NCBI GenBank assembly: GCA_963741815.1
Contig: CAVUJI010000001.1
Span: 502,265-566,264 of the forward strand
DNA: 64,000 nt
From: an uncultured beta proteobacterium
GTDB taxonomy: Bacteria > Pseudomonadota > Gammaproteobacteria > Burkholderiales > Usitatibacteraceae
Direction of reading: 5' to 3'
In this document: positions 21,703 through 32,000 of the stretch, piece by piece
Position numbering within the stretch: the stretch's first letter is position 1
Layout: the number at the start of each line of letters is the position of its first letter
The notes under the pieces: generated by a model
The model's input: the letters and a program-made list of their open reading frames with translations, nothing else
What the model was told of the DNA's origin: nothing
The model's database searches: none
Position numbers and translations under genes: made by a program

Positions 21703-22173
21703 CTAGGCCGCGCCCGGGAAGCCCTGCTGGCGCCAGGCCTCGAACACCGTGACGGCGACCGCGTTGGAGAGGTTGAGGCTGCGGTTGCCGGGGCGCATCG
21801 GCAGGCGCAGGCGGCGCTCGGCCGGGAAGGTGTCGAGCAGCGCGTCGGGCAGGCCGGCGGTCTCGGGGCCGAAGACGAAGGCGTCGCCGGGACGGTACGC
21901 CGGGCGCGTGTACGCCACGGCCCCGCGCGTCGAGAGCGCGAACAGGCGCGCCGCGCCGAGCGCGGCGAGGCACGCTTCCCAGCTCGGGTGCGTGCGCACG
22001 GTGGCGAGCTCGTGGTAGTCGAGCCCCGCGCGGCGCAGCCGCCGGTCGTCCATCGAGAAGCCGAGCGGCTCCACGAGGTGCAGGCGCGCGCCCGCGTTCG
22101 CGCACAGCCGGATCACGTTGCCGGTGTTGGGCGGGATCTCGGGACGGAAGAGCACGACGTCGAACACGGTCAC
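21703..22173 (-). CDS. trmL: tRNA (cytidine34-2'-O)-methyltransferase
   Basis: VVLFRPEIPPNTGNVIRLCAN, LRRAGLDY, FGPETAGLP, RSLNLSN. Confidence 0.95.
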   Translation of the reverse strand: MTVFDVVLFRPEIPPNTGNVIRLCANAGARLHLVEPLGFSMDDRRLRRAGLDYHELATVRTHPSWEACLAALGAARLFALSTRGAVAYTRPAYRPGDAFVFGPETAGLPDALLDTFPAERRLRLPMRPGNRSLNLSNAVAVTVFEAWRQQGFPGAA

Positions 22174-22910
22174 CGCCCCGGCTCGGGGGCGCGTGCGACG
22201 ACCCACACGCTCACGCGGGCGGCCCCGGCGCGCCGCAGCGCGCAGCCGATCGCGTGCGCCGTGGCGCCCGTGGTGAGCACGTCGTCCACGAGCGCCACGT
22301 GGCGGCCGTCGTAGCGGCGCGTGCAGCCGAAGGCCCCGCGCAGGTTGGCCAGGCGCGCGCGCCGGCCGAGGGCCGCCTGGGGGCGCGCCTCGCGCAGGCG
22401 CACCAGCGCATGCCGGTCGCAACGCACGCCGAGCGCGCGCGCGACGGGATGGGCGAGCTCGAGGGCCTGGTTGAACCCGCGCCCGGCGAGGCGGGCGCGG
22501 GAAAGCGGCGGCACGACGATCGCGTCGGGGAGGGCGCCGGGTGCCGCGGGCGCGAGCGCCGCGGCGAGGCGCTCGCCGAGCCAGCGCCCCACGGCGAGGT
22601 CCCCGGCGTACTTGAACCGCTGGACCAGGCGATCGACCGGGAAGCGGTAGGCGAAGCACGCGCGCGCGGCGTCGAAGGCGAGGCGACGCCCCTGGCAGGC
22701 GCCGCAGGGTGCGTCCGGCGCGGCCAGGGGATGCGCGCAGCGCGGGCAGGCCGGACCGGGCACCGGCAGGCCGCGGGCGCAGGCCCGGCAGAGGCAGCGC
22801 CCCGCCGCGCGCGCCCCGCAGAGCAGGCAGTCCTCCTCCCACGGCAGGGGCCACGAGGCTGCACAAGAAATAGGCGGCGGGAAGGTCGCTCGTCCCATCC
22901 GATTTGACAA
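22170..22910 (-). CDS. comF: ComF family protein (start uncertain)
   Basis: Four CxxC motifs, [26 protein letters not shown]. Confidence 0.9.
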   Translation of the reverse strand: MSNRMGRATFPPPISCAASWPLPWEEDCLLCGARAAGRCLCRACARGLPVPGPACPRCAHPLAAPDAPCGACQGRRLAFDAARACFAYRFPVDRLVQRFKYAGDLAVGRWLGERLAAALAPAAPGALPDAIVVPPLSRARLAGRGFNQALELAHPVARALGVRCDRHALVRLREARPQAALGRRARLANLRGAFGCTRRYDGRHVALVDDVLTTGATAHAIGCALRRAGAARVSVWVVARAPEPGR

Positions 22911-22932
22911 GTCCCGGAAAATCACGAATTAT
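22904..22932 (+). promoter_or_regulatory. Putative sigma70 promoter of the bio operon
   Basis: TTGACA, 17 nt spacer, AATTAT, ending 27 nt before the bioB ATG. Confidence 0.6.
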
Positions 22933-22959
22933 CAACCCGTTAGCAACAAGACCTCGACC

Positions 22960-23931
22960 ATGGACACCCCCGTCGCCTTCCCCCCCCGCACCGACGCGCG
23001 CCTGCAGCCCCTGCGCGACGAGGCCCTGCGCCTCTACGCCCTTCCCTTCAACGATCTGCTCCACCAGGCGCAGACCGTGCACCGCGCCCACTTCGACCCG
23101 AACCGCGTGCAGCGCTCGACGCTGCTGTCGATCAAGACCGGCGGCTGCCCCGAGGACTGCGGGTACTGCCCCCAGTCGGCGCGCCACCACGCCGGCGTCG
23201 ACAGCCAGGAGCTGCTGCCGCTCGAGGAGGTCGTGCGCACGGCCCGGGCCGCGAAGGAGCACGGCGCCACCCGCTTCTGCATGGGCGCGGCGTGGCGCGG
23301 ACCCAAGGCACGCGACCTGGCGCCGGTGCTCGACATGGTGCGCGAGGTGAAGGCCCTGGGCCTCGAGACCTGCTGCACGCTGGGCATGCTGAAGGACGGC
23401 CAGGCCGAGCAGCTGCGGGACGCCGGGCTCGACTACTACAACCACAACCTCGATACCGCGCCGGAATTCTACGGCAACGTCATCACGACCCGGGACTACG
23501 AGGACCGGCTCGCGACCCTCGAGCGCGTGCGCGGGGCCGGCGTGCACGTCTGCTCCGGCGGCATCGTCGGCATGGGCGAGTCGCGCGAGGGCCGGGCGGG
23601 CCTGCTGGCACAGCTCGCGAGCCTCGACCCGCAGCCCGAGTCCGTGCCCATCAACGAGCTGGTGCCCGTCGAGGGCACGCCGCTCGCCGGCAGCGAGAAG
23701 CTGCCGTGGGTGGAGTTCGTGCGCACGATCGCGGTCGCGCGCATCCTCATGCCGCGCAGCATGGTGCGCCTGTCGGCGGGCCGCAGCGCCATGAGCGAGG
23801 CCGTCCAGGCGCTGTGCTTCCTCGCCGGGGCGAACTCGATCTTCTACGGCGACAAGCTCCTCACCACCGGCAACCCGGACGTCGCGCGCGACGACGCGCT
23901 CTTCGCCGCGCTGGGTCTGGGCGCGGCCTGA
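22960..23931 (+). CDS. bioB: Biotin synthase
   Basis: [16 protein letters not shown] radical-SAM motif, [29 protein letters not shown]. Confidence 0.98.
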   Translation: MDTPVAFPPRTDARLQPLRDEALRLYALPFNDLLHQAQTVHRAHFDPNRVQRSTLLSIKTGGCPEDCGYCPQSARHHAGVDSQELLPLEEVVRTARAAKEHGATRFCMGAAWRGPKARDLAPVLDMVREVKALGLETCCTLGMLKDGQAEQLRDAGLDYYNHNLDTAPEFYGNVITTRDYEDRLATLERVRGAGVHVCSGGIVGMGESREGRAGLLAQLASLDPQPESVPINELVPVEGTPLAGSEKLPWVEFVRTIAVARILMPRSMVRLSAGRSAMSEAVQALCFLAGANSIFYGDKLLTTGNPDVARDDALFAALGLGAA

Positions 23932-23933
23932 GC

Positions 23934-25106
23934 ATGGGCGACGCGGTCTCGCGGCTGGTCGACGGGCTGGCGGGCCTCGACCGCGACGCGCTGCGCCGGC
24001 GCCGTCGCATCCTCGACTCGCCCCAGGCGCGCGAGGTGCGCGTGGACGGGCGCACGCTGCTCAACTTCTCGAGCAACGACTACCTGGGCCTCGCCGCCGA
24101 CCCGCGCATCGCCGCCGCCGTGCATGCGGCCATCGACCGCTACGGCGTGGGCGCCGGCGCCTCGCCCCTCGTCACGGGCCACCAGCGCATCCACGAGGAG
24201 GCGGAGGCGCGCTTCGCGGCCTTCTGCGGCCTGCCGCGGGCGCTGCTCTTCGGCAGCGGGTACGCCGCGAACATCGGCATCCTCGTGGCGCTCTCCGGGC
24301 CCGACGCCGAGATCTTCGGCGACCGGCTGAACCACGCCTGCCTGCACGACGGGGCGCGCCTGTCGCGCGGCACCTACACGCGCTACGGTCACCTCGACCT
24401 GGGCGAGCTCGAGCACGGCCTCGCGCGCTCGCGGGCCGCCGTGCGCATCGTCGCCACCGACAGCGTCTTCAGCATGGACGGGGACGTGGCGCCGCTGCCG
24501 GAGCTCGTCGCGCTGTGCGAGCGCCACGACGCCTGGCTCGTGGTCGACGACGCCCACGGCATCGGCGTGCTGGGCCCGCAGGGCCGCGGCACGCTCGCCC
24601 ACTTCGGCGTCTCCTCCCCGCGCATCGTCTACATGGCCACGCTCGGCAAGGCGCTGGGCGGCTACGGCGCCTTCGCGTGCGGCGCGCCGGAGGCGGTCGA
24701 ATGGCTGCTGCAGCGCGCGCGCACGTACATCTTCTCGACGGCGCTGCCGGCCATGATGGCCGCCGCCGTCCTCGCCGCGATCGGCCTGCTCGAGGGCGGG
24801 CACTCGCCGCTGCCGCGATTGCGCGGCCGCATCGCGGAGTTCGCCGCCGCGGCCCGGGGCCTGCCGCTCGCGCCCTCGCCCACCGCGATCCAGCCCATCG
24901 TCGTCGGCACGCCGGAGCGGGCGCTGGCGGCCTCGGCGCGGCTGCTCGAGGCGGGGCTGCTGGTGCCGGCGATCCGGCCGCCGACGGTGCCGCCCGGGAC
25001 CTCGCGCCTGCGCGTGTCGCTGAGCGCCGCCCACTGCGCGGCGGACGTCGAGCGGCTCGTCGCCGCGCTGCGCGCGTGCTTCCCCGAGGCGCGGGCCGCG
25101 GAGTGA
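23934..25106 (+). CDS. bioF: 8-amino-7-oxononanoate synthase
   Basis: [48 protein letters not shown]. Confidence 0.96.
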   Translation: MGDAVSRLVDGLAGLDRDALRRRRRILDSPQAREVRVDGRTLLNFSSNDYLGLAADPRIAAAVHAAIDRYGVGAGASPLVTGHQRIHEEAEARFAAFCGLPRALLFGSGYAANIGILVALSGPDAEIFGDRLNHACLHDGARLSRGTYTRYGHLDLGELEHGLARSRAAVRIVATDSVFSMDGDVAPLPELVALCERHDAWLVVDDAHGIGVLGPQGRGTLAHFGVSSPRIVYMATLGKALGGYGAFACGAPEAVEWLLQRARTYIFSTALPAMMAAAVLAAIGLLEGGHSPLPRLRGRIAEFAAAARGLPLAPSPTAIQPIVVGTPERALAASARLLEAGLLVPAIRPPTVPPGTSRLRVSLSAAHCAADVERLVAALRACFPEARAAE

Positions 25107-25969
25107 GCGAGCCGGCGTTTCCCGACCAGCGCGCGGTGCGGCGCGCGTTCGACCGGGCCGCGCCCGACTACGACCGGCACGCGGTGCTGCAGGCGGAGGT
25201 GCGACGCCGCCTGATCGAGCACCTCGATCCCATCCGCATCGATCCGGCACGCGTGCTCGACCTGGGTTGCGGCAGCGGCGGCGGCCTCGAGCCGCTGCGC
25301 GCGCGCTTTCCGCGGGCCCATGTCGTCGGCGTCGACTTCGCTCCCGCGATGCTCGCCCGGGCGCGAGGCCGGGCGGCGTGGTGGCGCCGCGCCGCGGGCC
25401 GTGCCCCCGCGCTCGTGTGCGCGAACGCCGAGCGCCTGCCCCTCGCCGCGGCCTCTTCCCAGCTCGCGTTCTCCAACCTGCTGCTGCAATGGTGCCGGCC
25501 CGAGGCGGTGTTCGGCGAGGCGGCGCGCGTGCTCGCCACCGGCGGGCTCTTCCTCTTCTCGACCTATGGTCCCGATACCCTGAAGGAGCTGCGCGCGGCC
25601 TTCGGCCCCGACACCACGGCCCACGTGCACGCGTTCGTCGACATGCACGACCTCGGCGACGCGCTGGTGCACGCCGGGTTCGCCGACCCGGTGATGGAGA
25701 TGGAAACGGTCACGCTCGAGTACGACTCGGTGGCGGCGATGCTGCGCGAGCTGCGCGGCGGGAGCGCGCGCAACGCGCTTCCCGGCCGCCGCCGCGCCCT
25801 CACCGGCAAGCGGCGCTGGGCAGCGATGGTCGCGCGCTACGAGGCCGCCCGGCGCGACGGCGCGCTGCCCGCCACGTTCGAGGTCGTGTACGGCCACGCC
25901 TGGAAGGTCGCACCGAAGCGCACGGCCGACGGCCGCCAGGTGATCGACTTCCCGCCGCGGGCGCGATGA
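25103..25969 (+). CDS. bioC: Malonyl-ACP O-methyltransferase
   Basis: VRRAFDRAA..YD..A.LQ, LDLGCGSG, SNL.LQW, GPDTL.ELR, FVDMHDLGD. Confidence 0.93.
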   Translation: MSEPAFPDQRAVRRAFDRAAPDYDRHAVLQAEVRRRLIEHLDPIRIDPARVLDLGCGSGGGLEPLRARFPRAHVVGVDFAPAMLARARGRAAWWRRAAGRAPALVCANAERLPLAAASSQLAFSNLLLQWCRPEAVFGEAARVLATGGLFLFSTYGPDTLKELRAAFGPDTTAHVHAFVDMHDLGDALVHAGFADPVMEMETVTLEYDSVAAMLRELRGGSARNALPGRRRALTGKRRWAAMVARYEAARRDGALPATFEVVYGHAWKVAPKRTADGRQVIDFPPRAR

Positions 25970-26670
25970 GCGCGGGCGCCTTCGTCACCGGCACGGACAC
26001 CGGTGTGGGCAAGACACTGGTGGCGTGCGCGCTCGTGCACGCGCTGCGCGTCCACGGCGCCGCGGTCTTCCCGATGAAGCCCGTGGCCGCCGGCGCCGAG
26101 GAGATCGGCGGGCGCCGGGTGAACGCGGACACCGCGGCGCTCGCCCAGGCCGCGGGGCTCGGCGCCGAGGCGTACGGGCGCATCACGCCGGTGCTCCTGC
26201 GCGAGCCGATGGCCCCGCACGTGGCCGCGCGCCGGGAGGGCCGGCGCATCGCGCTGCCCGCGCTGGCCGCGGCGCTCGACGCGCAGCGCCTGCCGGGCCG
26301 CTTCCTGCTGGTCGAGGGCGTGGGCGGCTTCGTCGTGCCCCTCGACGACGGGCTCGATACCGTCGACCTCGCGCGCGCCGCGGCGCTGCCCGTCGTGCTC
26401 GTGGTCGGGCTGCGCCTGGGCTGCCTCAACCACGCGCTGCTCACCGCCGCGGCGATCGCGGCCGCCGGCCTCGCCTTCGCCGGCTGGGTCGCCAACGCGA
26501 TCGACCCCGACATGGCCGTGCCGGACGAGAACGTCGAGGCGCTGCGGGCGCGGCTGCGCGCCCCGCTCCTCGGGCGGCTGCCGTATCGCCCCGGCGCCGA
26601 TCCCGCCGCGCTCGCCGGCCTCCTCGACGTGGCGCCGCTGCTCGCGCGCTCCGGGGCCGCGCGCCCGTGA
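25966..26670 (+). CDS. bioD: Dethiobiotin synthetase
   Basis: FVTGTDTGVGKT, MKPVAAG, VEGVGG, LGCLNHALLT. Confidence 0.96.
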   Translation: MSAGAFVTGTDTGVGKTLVACALVHALRVHGAAVFPMKPVAAGAEEIGGRRVNADTAALAQAAGLGAEAYGRITPVLLREPMAPHVAARREGRRIALPALAAALDAQRLPGRFLLVEGVGGFVVPLDDGLDTVDLARAAALPVVLVVGLRLGCLNHALLTAAAIAAAGLAFAGWVANAIDPDMAVPDENVEALRARLRAPLLGRLPYRPGADPAALAGLLDVAPLLARSGAARP

Positions 26671-27164
26671 GGACGCTCCTCTTCGACCTCGACGGCACCC
26701 TCACCGACCCGCGCGAGGGGATCACGCGCTCGATCGCCTACGCGCTCGAGCGCATGGGCATGGCGGCGCCGCCCCTCGACACGCTGCACTTCGCCATCGG
26801 GCCGCCGCTGCGCGCCTCGTTCGCGCGCCTGCTCTCCACGGACGCGCCCGAGGCGATCGAGCGCGCCGTGGCGCACTACCGCGAGCGCTTCGCCGACGTG
26901 GGGCTCTACGAGAACCGGCCTTACGCCGGGATCGCGGAAGCGCTCGCGGCGCTTCGCGATTCCGGCGCGCGGCTCTTCGTCGCCACCTCCAAGCCGCAGG
27001 TGTACGCGCGGCGCATCGTGGAGCACTTCGGCCTGCACGCGCACTTCCTCGATGTCCACGGCTGCGAGCTCGACGGCACGCGCGAGGACAAGCGCGATCT
27101 GCTCGCGCACCTGCTCCCCCATCACGAAGTGGACGCCTCGCGCCCCCGTTCGCAGCCTCGCTAG
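26667..27164 (+). pseudogene. HAD-family phosphatase, C-terminally truncated
   Basis: FDLDGTLTD, IGPPL, VATSKP and motif III Lys present; stops at 165 aa before the GDxxxD motif IV. Confidence 0.7.
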
Positions 27165-28093
27165 CCGAACGCCGCGCCGCGCAGGGCCACGCCGTGCGCG
27201 CCGTGCCGGCGCGCCTCGGCGAGGTCTTCCCGGCTGAGACCGCCGATCGCGTAGACCGGCATGGGCCGGCCGGCGGCGAGGGCGGCGAAGCGTTCCCAGC
27301 CGAGGGGCTGCGCCTGCGCATGCGAGGGCGTCGCCTTCACCGGCCCGAGCACGGCGTAGTCGAGGTCGAGACGCGCGGCCTGCGCGAGCTCGGCCTCGTC
27401 GTGGCAGGAAGCGCCGGCGAGCGTGGCCGCCGGACGCGCCGCCGCGGCCATGAGCGCGCGCGCGGTGAGATGCACGCCATCGCACTGCGGAAAATGCCCG
27501 CAGTCGCTGTTCACGACGAGCCGCGAGCCGGCGGCCTGCACGCGGGCGAGCGCGCGCGAGAGCAGGTGCTGGAAGCGCTGCGCGCCCATCTCCTTCTCGC
27601 GCAGCTGCACGAGGACGCGCTCGCCGGCGAGCCGCTCGCCCAGCGCCTGCACCCAGGCGTCGATGCCTCGCGTGGCGGCGTCCGAGACCAGCATCACCGG
27701 CGGCAGGGCCAGCGCGGCGAGCACCGGGGCGTTGGCGGGCAGCATCGGGCTCACGTCCGGCGCGCCCACCGGCTGCCACTCGATCGCCTGGTCCTCGAGC
27801 GGCCGCGGCTCGCCGTCCCACGCCTCGACGCGGAAGAAATGCAGGCGAACCGTCGCATGGGTGTAGGCGTAGACGCGGGTGATCCACGGCGTGGCCGAGC
27901 GCGTCTCGATCCCCAGCTCCTCGCGCAGCTCGCGCACGAGCGCGGCGCGCGCGTCCTCGCCCGCCTCGATCTTGCCGCCCGGGAACTCCCAGTAGCCCGG
28001 ATACGGCTTGCCCTCGGGCCGCTGCGCGAGCAGGAACTCGCCGGGCCGCACGATCACGGCGGCCGCCACCTCGGTGATCCGGGCCGCGCTCAG
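27161..28093 (-). CDS. Nudix (MutT-like) hydrolase fused to a thiamine-phosphate-synthase-like domain
   Basis: WEFPGGKIEAGE..ALVRELREELG; GVHL, GASCH, LGPVKATPSH, PVYAIGG; start CTG 28093 or GTG 28069. Confidence 0.9.
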   Translation of the reverse strand: MSAARITEVAAAVIVRPGEFLLAQRPEGKPYPGYWEFPGGKIEAGEDARAALVRELREELGIETRSATPWITRVYAYTHATVRLHFFRVEAWDGEPRPLEDQAIEWQPVGAPDVSPMLPANAPVLAALALPPVMLVSDAATRGIDAWVQALGERLAGERVLVQLREKEMGAQRFQHLLSRALARVQAAGSRLVVNSDCGHFPQCDGVHLTARALMAAAARPAATLAGASCHDEAELAQAARLDLDYAVLGPVKATPSHAQAQPLGWERFAALAAGRPMPVYAIGGLSREDLAEARRHGAHGVALRGAAFG

Positions 28094-28156
28094 GCCGGGC
28101 CTCGCTTTCGGCAGCGCGCGCGCGGCGACCCCACTGCGGCACTCACCCTGCGGCCT

Positions 28157-29035
28157 TCATCGGCGTTTATCGGCGGATCCCTGCTTCTTGCGCCCCACCC
28201 AGTCCCGCGCGAATTGCCAGGCCACCCGTCCGCTGCGGAAACCGCGCTCGAGCGCCCAGAGCAGCGCCGCCTTGCGCGACTCCTCGGTGGGCGTGCCGCC
28301 GAGGCGCTCGACCCAGTGGTCGGCGATCTCGAGGTACTGCTCCTGGTCGAACGGATAGAACGAGAGCCAGAGCCCGAATCGCTCCGACAGCGAGATCTTC
28401 TCCTCGGTGGTCTCGCCCGGGTGGATCTCGCCGCCGACGTGGCGCGCCTGCAGGTTCTCGTCCATGAATTCCGGCATCAGGTGGCGCCGGTTCGAGGTGG
28501 CATAGATCAGCACGTTGTCCGCGGACCCGGCGATGGAGCCGTCGAGCGCCACCTTGAGCGACTTGTAGCCGGCGTCGGAGGCCTCGAAGGAGAGATCGTC
28601 GCAGAAGATCACGAAGCGCTCCTTGCGCTCCGCGACGAGGTCGACGATGTCCGGCAGGTCCACGAGGTCGCGCTTGTCCACCTCCACCAGCCGCAGTCCC
28701 TTCGGGGCGAACTCGTTCAACGCCGCCTTCACGAGCGAGCTCTTGCCGGTGCCGCGCGCGCCGGTGAGCAGCACGTTGTTGGCGGGGCGCCCGGAGACGA
28801 ACTGCAGCGTGTTGTCGCGCAGGCGCTTCTTCTGCTCGTCGATGTCCTTGAGGTCCGCGAAGCGCAGGGTGTGCGGGTGTCGCACCGCCTCGAGGTAGCC
28901 GCCGCTCGCGCGCTTGCGCCAGCGGAAGGCGTGGGCGCGCCAGTCGGGCGGCTCGCCGCCGCCGGGAAGGTAGCGCTCGAGGCGTCCGGCGAGCTGGTCG
29001 AGCCGGTCGGCGATGCGCTTGAGGTCGTCGTTCAT
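28157..29035 (-). CDS. DUF815-type AAA+ ATP-binding protein
   Basis: PANNVLLTGARGTGKSS, FCDDLSFE, YATSNRRHL, EEKISLSERFGL, SGRVAWQF. Confidence 0.9.
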   Translation of the reverse strand: MNDDLKRIADRLDQLAGRLERYLPGGGEPPDWRAHAFRWRKRASGGYLEAVRHPHTLRFADLKDIDEQKKRLRDNTLQFVSGRPANNVLLTGARGTGKSSLVKAALNEFAPKGLRLVEVDKRDLVDLPDIVDLVAERKERFVIFCDDLSFEASDAGYKSLKVALDGSIAGSADNVLIYATSNRRHLMPEFMDENLQARHVGGEIHPGETTEEKISLSERFGLWLSFYPFDQEQYLEIADHWVERLGGTPTEESRKAALLWALERGFRSGRVAWQFARDWVGRKKQGSADKRR

Positions 29036-29405
29036 TTCAGGTGGAAGACCAGGAGCCGGTAGTAGGTGAGGGATTCGAGGTGCGCCTCGCGCGCGACCGG
29101 GCGCACGGCCTCTGCGAGCTCCGCGGGCCCCGGAAGGTTCCTGAGCACCTCGTGGCGCTCGCCGTTGGCCAGGGTGCGCATCTGGTAGGTGTTGCCCTCG
29201 GCGTCGCGCCGGGAGATGGTCGTGGCGCTGTCCTCGGCGTACGCGTTGTCGAGGATGCCGACCACGGCACCGGGCTCGAGGCGCGCGGCGAGGTTGCGTA
29301 CGAACCGGGCGAGCGCGCCCTTGCCCAGGTGCGACCACCAGAACCCGGCGAACGCCGGCGGTAGTACCGCTCGAGGTGCGGCGTCGTGCTCCGTGCATCG
29401 GTCAT
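29032..29405 (-). pseudogene. Class I SAM-dependent methyltransferase remnant with internal deletion
   Basis: N-terminus (..LERYYRRR) joins out of frame to FAGFWWSH..LEPGAVV.ILDN..DAEGNTYQ.R.L.NG..HEVL.N; no GxGxG SAM motif. Confidence 0.7.
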
Positions 29406-29412
29406 GGCGCGC

Positions 29413-30642
29413 TCAACTGCGGTAGTCGGCGTTGATCTTCACGTACTCGTACGACAGGTCGCAGGTCCAGACGGTGGCGCTTTCCTCCCCGCGGCCGAGT
29501 GTCACGCGCACCGCGATCTCCGCCGGCTTCATGGCGCGCCGGCCCTGGGCCTCGGTGTAGCCCGCCGCGCGGCCGCCGTTCTCGACCACGGTGACCTCGC
29601 CCAGCTGCAGGCCCACCCGGTCCGGGTCCAGGTCCTCGACGCCGGCGTTGCCGATCGCGGCGAGGATGCGCCCGAGGTTGGGGTCGGAGGCGAAGAACGC
29701 GGTCTTCACGAGCGGCGAGTGGGCGATCGCCTTGGCCACGCGGAAGCACTCGGCGCGGTCGGCCCCCTCGTCCACGGTGATCGTGATGAACTTGGTCGCG
29801 CCCTCGCCGTCGCGCACGATCGCCTGGGCCAGGCGCTGCGCCACGTCGAGCACCGCCTCGCACAGCTTGGCGAACTCGGCCGTGCCCTCGCCCACGATCT
29901 CGGGATTGCCGGCCCGTCCCGTGGCCGCGAAGAGGAACGTGTCGTTGGTGGAGGTGTCGCCGTCCACGGTGATCGCGTTGAACGACCGGCTCGCCACGCG
30001 CCGGACGAGGTAGCGCAGCGCATCCCGGCCGACCGCGGCGTCGGTGGCCACGATGCCGAGCATCGTCGCCATGTTGGGCTCGATCATGCCCGCGCCCTTG
30101 GCGATGCCCGTCACGGTGATCGGGCAGCCGTCGATCTCGACGCGCCGCGAGGCCGCCTTCGGCACCGTGTCGGTCGTCATGATCGCCTCGGCGGCACTCG
30201 CCCAATGGTCCGGCGCGAGGTCGGCCGCGCAGTCGGGCAGCCCCTTCGCGATGCGCTCCACGGGCAGCGGCTCCAGGATCACGCCGGTGGACAGGGGCAG
30301 CACCTGGTCGGGCTCCACGTCGAGGATGCCGGCGGTGAGCGTGCAGGTGCGCCGGGCGTCGGCGAGTCCCTGCTCGCCCGTGCCCGCGTTGGCCACGCCG
30401 GTATTCACCACGATCGCCCGCGGCTCGCCATCGCCCTGGAGGTGCTCGCGGCACACGAGGACCGGGGCGGCGCAGAAGCGGTTGCGGGTGAACAGCCCCG
30501 CCACGCGCGCACCCTCGTCGAGGGCGACGACGAGGAGGTCCTTGCGGCCGGGCTTGCGGATGCCGGCGCGGGCGACGCCGAGGCGCACCCCGGCGACGGG
30601 AAGCAGGTCTTCGGCGCGGGGCGGATCGAGGTGGACGGCCAT
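29413..30642 (-). CDS. argJ: Bifunctional ornithine acetyltransferase
   Basis: [63 protein letters not shown]. Confidence 0.97.
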   Translation of the reverse strand: MAVHLDPPRAEDLLPVAGVRLGVARAGIRKPGRKDLLVVALDEGARVAGLFTRNRFCAAPVLVCREHLQGDGEPRAIVVNTGVANAGTGEQGLADARRTCTLTAGILDVEPDQVLPLSTGVILEPLPVERIAKGLPDCAADLAPDHWASAAEAIMTTDTVPKAASRRVEIDGCPITVTGIAKGAGMIEPNMATMLGIVATDAAVGRDALRYLVRRVASRSFNAITVDGDTSTNDTFLFAATGRAGNPEIVGEGTAEFAKLCEAVLDVAQRLAQAIVRDGEGATKFITITVDEGADRAECFRVAKAIAHSPLVKTAFFASDPNLGRILAAIGNAGVEDLDPDRVGLQLGEVTVVENGGRAAGYTEAQGRRAMKPAEIAVRVTLGRGEESATVWTCDLSYEYVKINADYRS

Positions 30643-30759
30643 CGGGGCGGGAATTCCTGGCGGGATCGGCGCGCGCTCGCGCGCCGGAAACCGTCGAATT
30701 CTACACGCCCGGGCGGCGCGGCCCCGGGCGGGCCGCGGACGGCCGCGCCCCTCGCGGGC

Positions 30760-31971
30760 TCAGGCGGCGAGCGAGGCGCGCTCCGGCTCGGCGGCGACCA
30801 GCGCGGGACGCGCCCGGCGCCAGTACGACTGGGCGGCGGCGACCCCGCTGCCCGGGGCGATGGCCATGCCGTGGTCCGCCATCGCCATCTCCGCGCCGGC
30901 CAGCGCGCCGAGGAGCATGAGCTCGTTCAGGTCGCCCAGGTGCCCGATGCGGAACACCTTGCCGGCGAGCTGCGACAGCCCGGCGCCGAGCGAGAGGTTG
31001 TAGCGCCGGTACGCGGTGTCGATCACGCGCGCGGCGTTCACCTCCGCGGGCACGACGATCGCGGTGACGGTGTTCGAGTGCCACTTCGGCGCCTTCGAGC
31101 ACGGCAGCAGGCCCCACTCGAAGACGGCCTCGCGCACGCCGGCGGCGAGCCGCGCGTGGCGCGCGAAGACGTGGGGCAGCCCCTCCTCGAAGAGCATGTC
31201 GAGGGACTCGCGCAGCCCGTAGAGCAGCGGCAGCGACGGGGTGTACGGGAAGTAGCCGTCGACGTTCGCGCGGCGCATGTCGGCGAAGCTGAAGAACACG
31301 CGCGCGAGCTTCGCGCTCTTCTCGGCCTCGAGGGCGCGCGGGCCGGCGCAGACGATGCCGAGCCCGGCGGGCATCATGAGGCCCTTCTGGGAGCCGGTGA
31401 CGGCGAGGTCCACGCCCCACTCGCTGAAGCGGAAGTCGATGCTGCCGAGCGAGCTCACGGTGTCGACGTAGAGCAGGGCCGGATGCCGCGCCGCGTCCAT
31501 CGCCCGGCGCACGGCGGCCACGTCGCTCGTGACACCGGTGGCCGTCTCGTTGTGCACGACCATCACGCCCTTGATCCGGTGGCCGGTGTCGGCCGCGAGC
31601 GCGGCGGCGATGCGCTCCTCGGGCGCGCCCTGTCCCCACTCGACGTCGAGCACCTCCACGTCGAGCCCGAGGCGCTGCATCATGTCGATCCACAGGTGGC
31701 TGAACTGGCCGAAGCGCGGCGCCAGCACCCGGTCGCCGGGCGAGAGCGTGTTCGCGAGCGACGCTTCCCACGCGCCCGTGCCCGTGGCCGGGAAGATGAA
31801 GACCTCGCCGTCCTGGCACTGGAAGAGGCGCTTGAGGTCGGGGAAGAGGCCGTGGGCGAGCGCCGGGAAGCCCGGCGAGCGGTGGTCCTCCATCGACACC
31901 ATCATCGCGCGCAGGATGCGGTCGGGCACGTTCGTGGGCCCGGGAACGAAAAGGAAGTTGCGGCCGGCCAT
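30760..31971 (-). CDS. sgaA: Serine-glyoxylate aminotransferase (class V PLP enzyme)
   Basis: GRNFLFVPGPTNVPDR..RAM...EDHRS, TGTGAWE, FGQFSHLW, HNETATGV, GSQKGL, FPYTP, FRIGHLG. Confidence 0.85.
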   Translation of the reverse strand: MAGRNFLFVPGPTNVPDRILRAMMVSMEDHRSPGFPALAHGLFPDLKRLFQCQDGEVFIFPATGTGAWEASLANTLSPGDRVLAPRFGQFSHLWIDMMQRLGLDVEVLDVEWGQGAPEERIAAALAADTGHRIKGVMVVHNETATGVTSDVAAVRRAMDAARHPALLYVDTVSSLGSIDFRFSEWGVDLAVTGSQKGLMMPAGLGIVCAGPRALEAEKSAKLARVFFSFADMRRANVDGYFPYTPSLPLLYGLRESLDMLFEEGLPHVFARHARLAAGVREAVFEWGLLPCSKAPKWHSNTVTAIVVPAEVNAARVIDTAYRRYNLSLGAGLSQLAGKVFRIGHLGDLNELMLLGALAGAEMAMADHGMAIAPGSGVAAAQSYWRRARPALVAAEPERASLAA

Positions 31972-32000
31972 CGGGGTCTCCTCGGGGGTTCTGTGTGGAA

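Noticed and set aside
21703-22910. Link between the pilus-like island and natural competence through nearby comF
   Set aside because: trmL-comF next to bio genes is the ordinary backbone context, so adjacency carries no information.
22880-22950. BirA or BioR operator at the comF/bioB divergence
   Set aside because: No correctly spaced inverted repeat; only a -35 hexamer and an IHF-like site are supported.
27161-28093. Nudix plus thiamine-phosphate-synthase-like fusion as a novelty
   Set aside because: Well-known architecture near argJ/secA in beta- and gammaproteobacteria.
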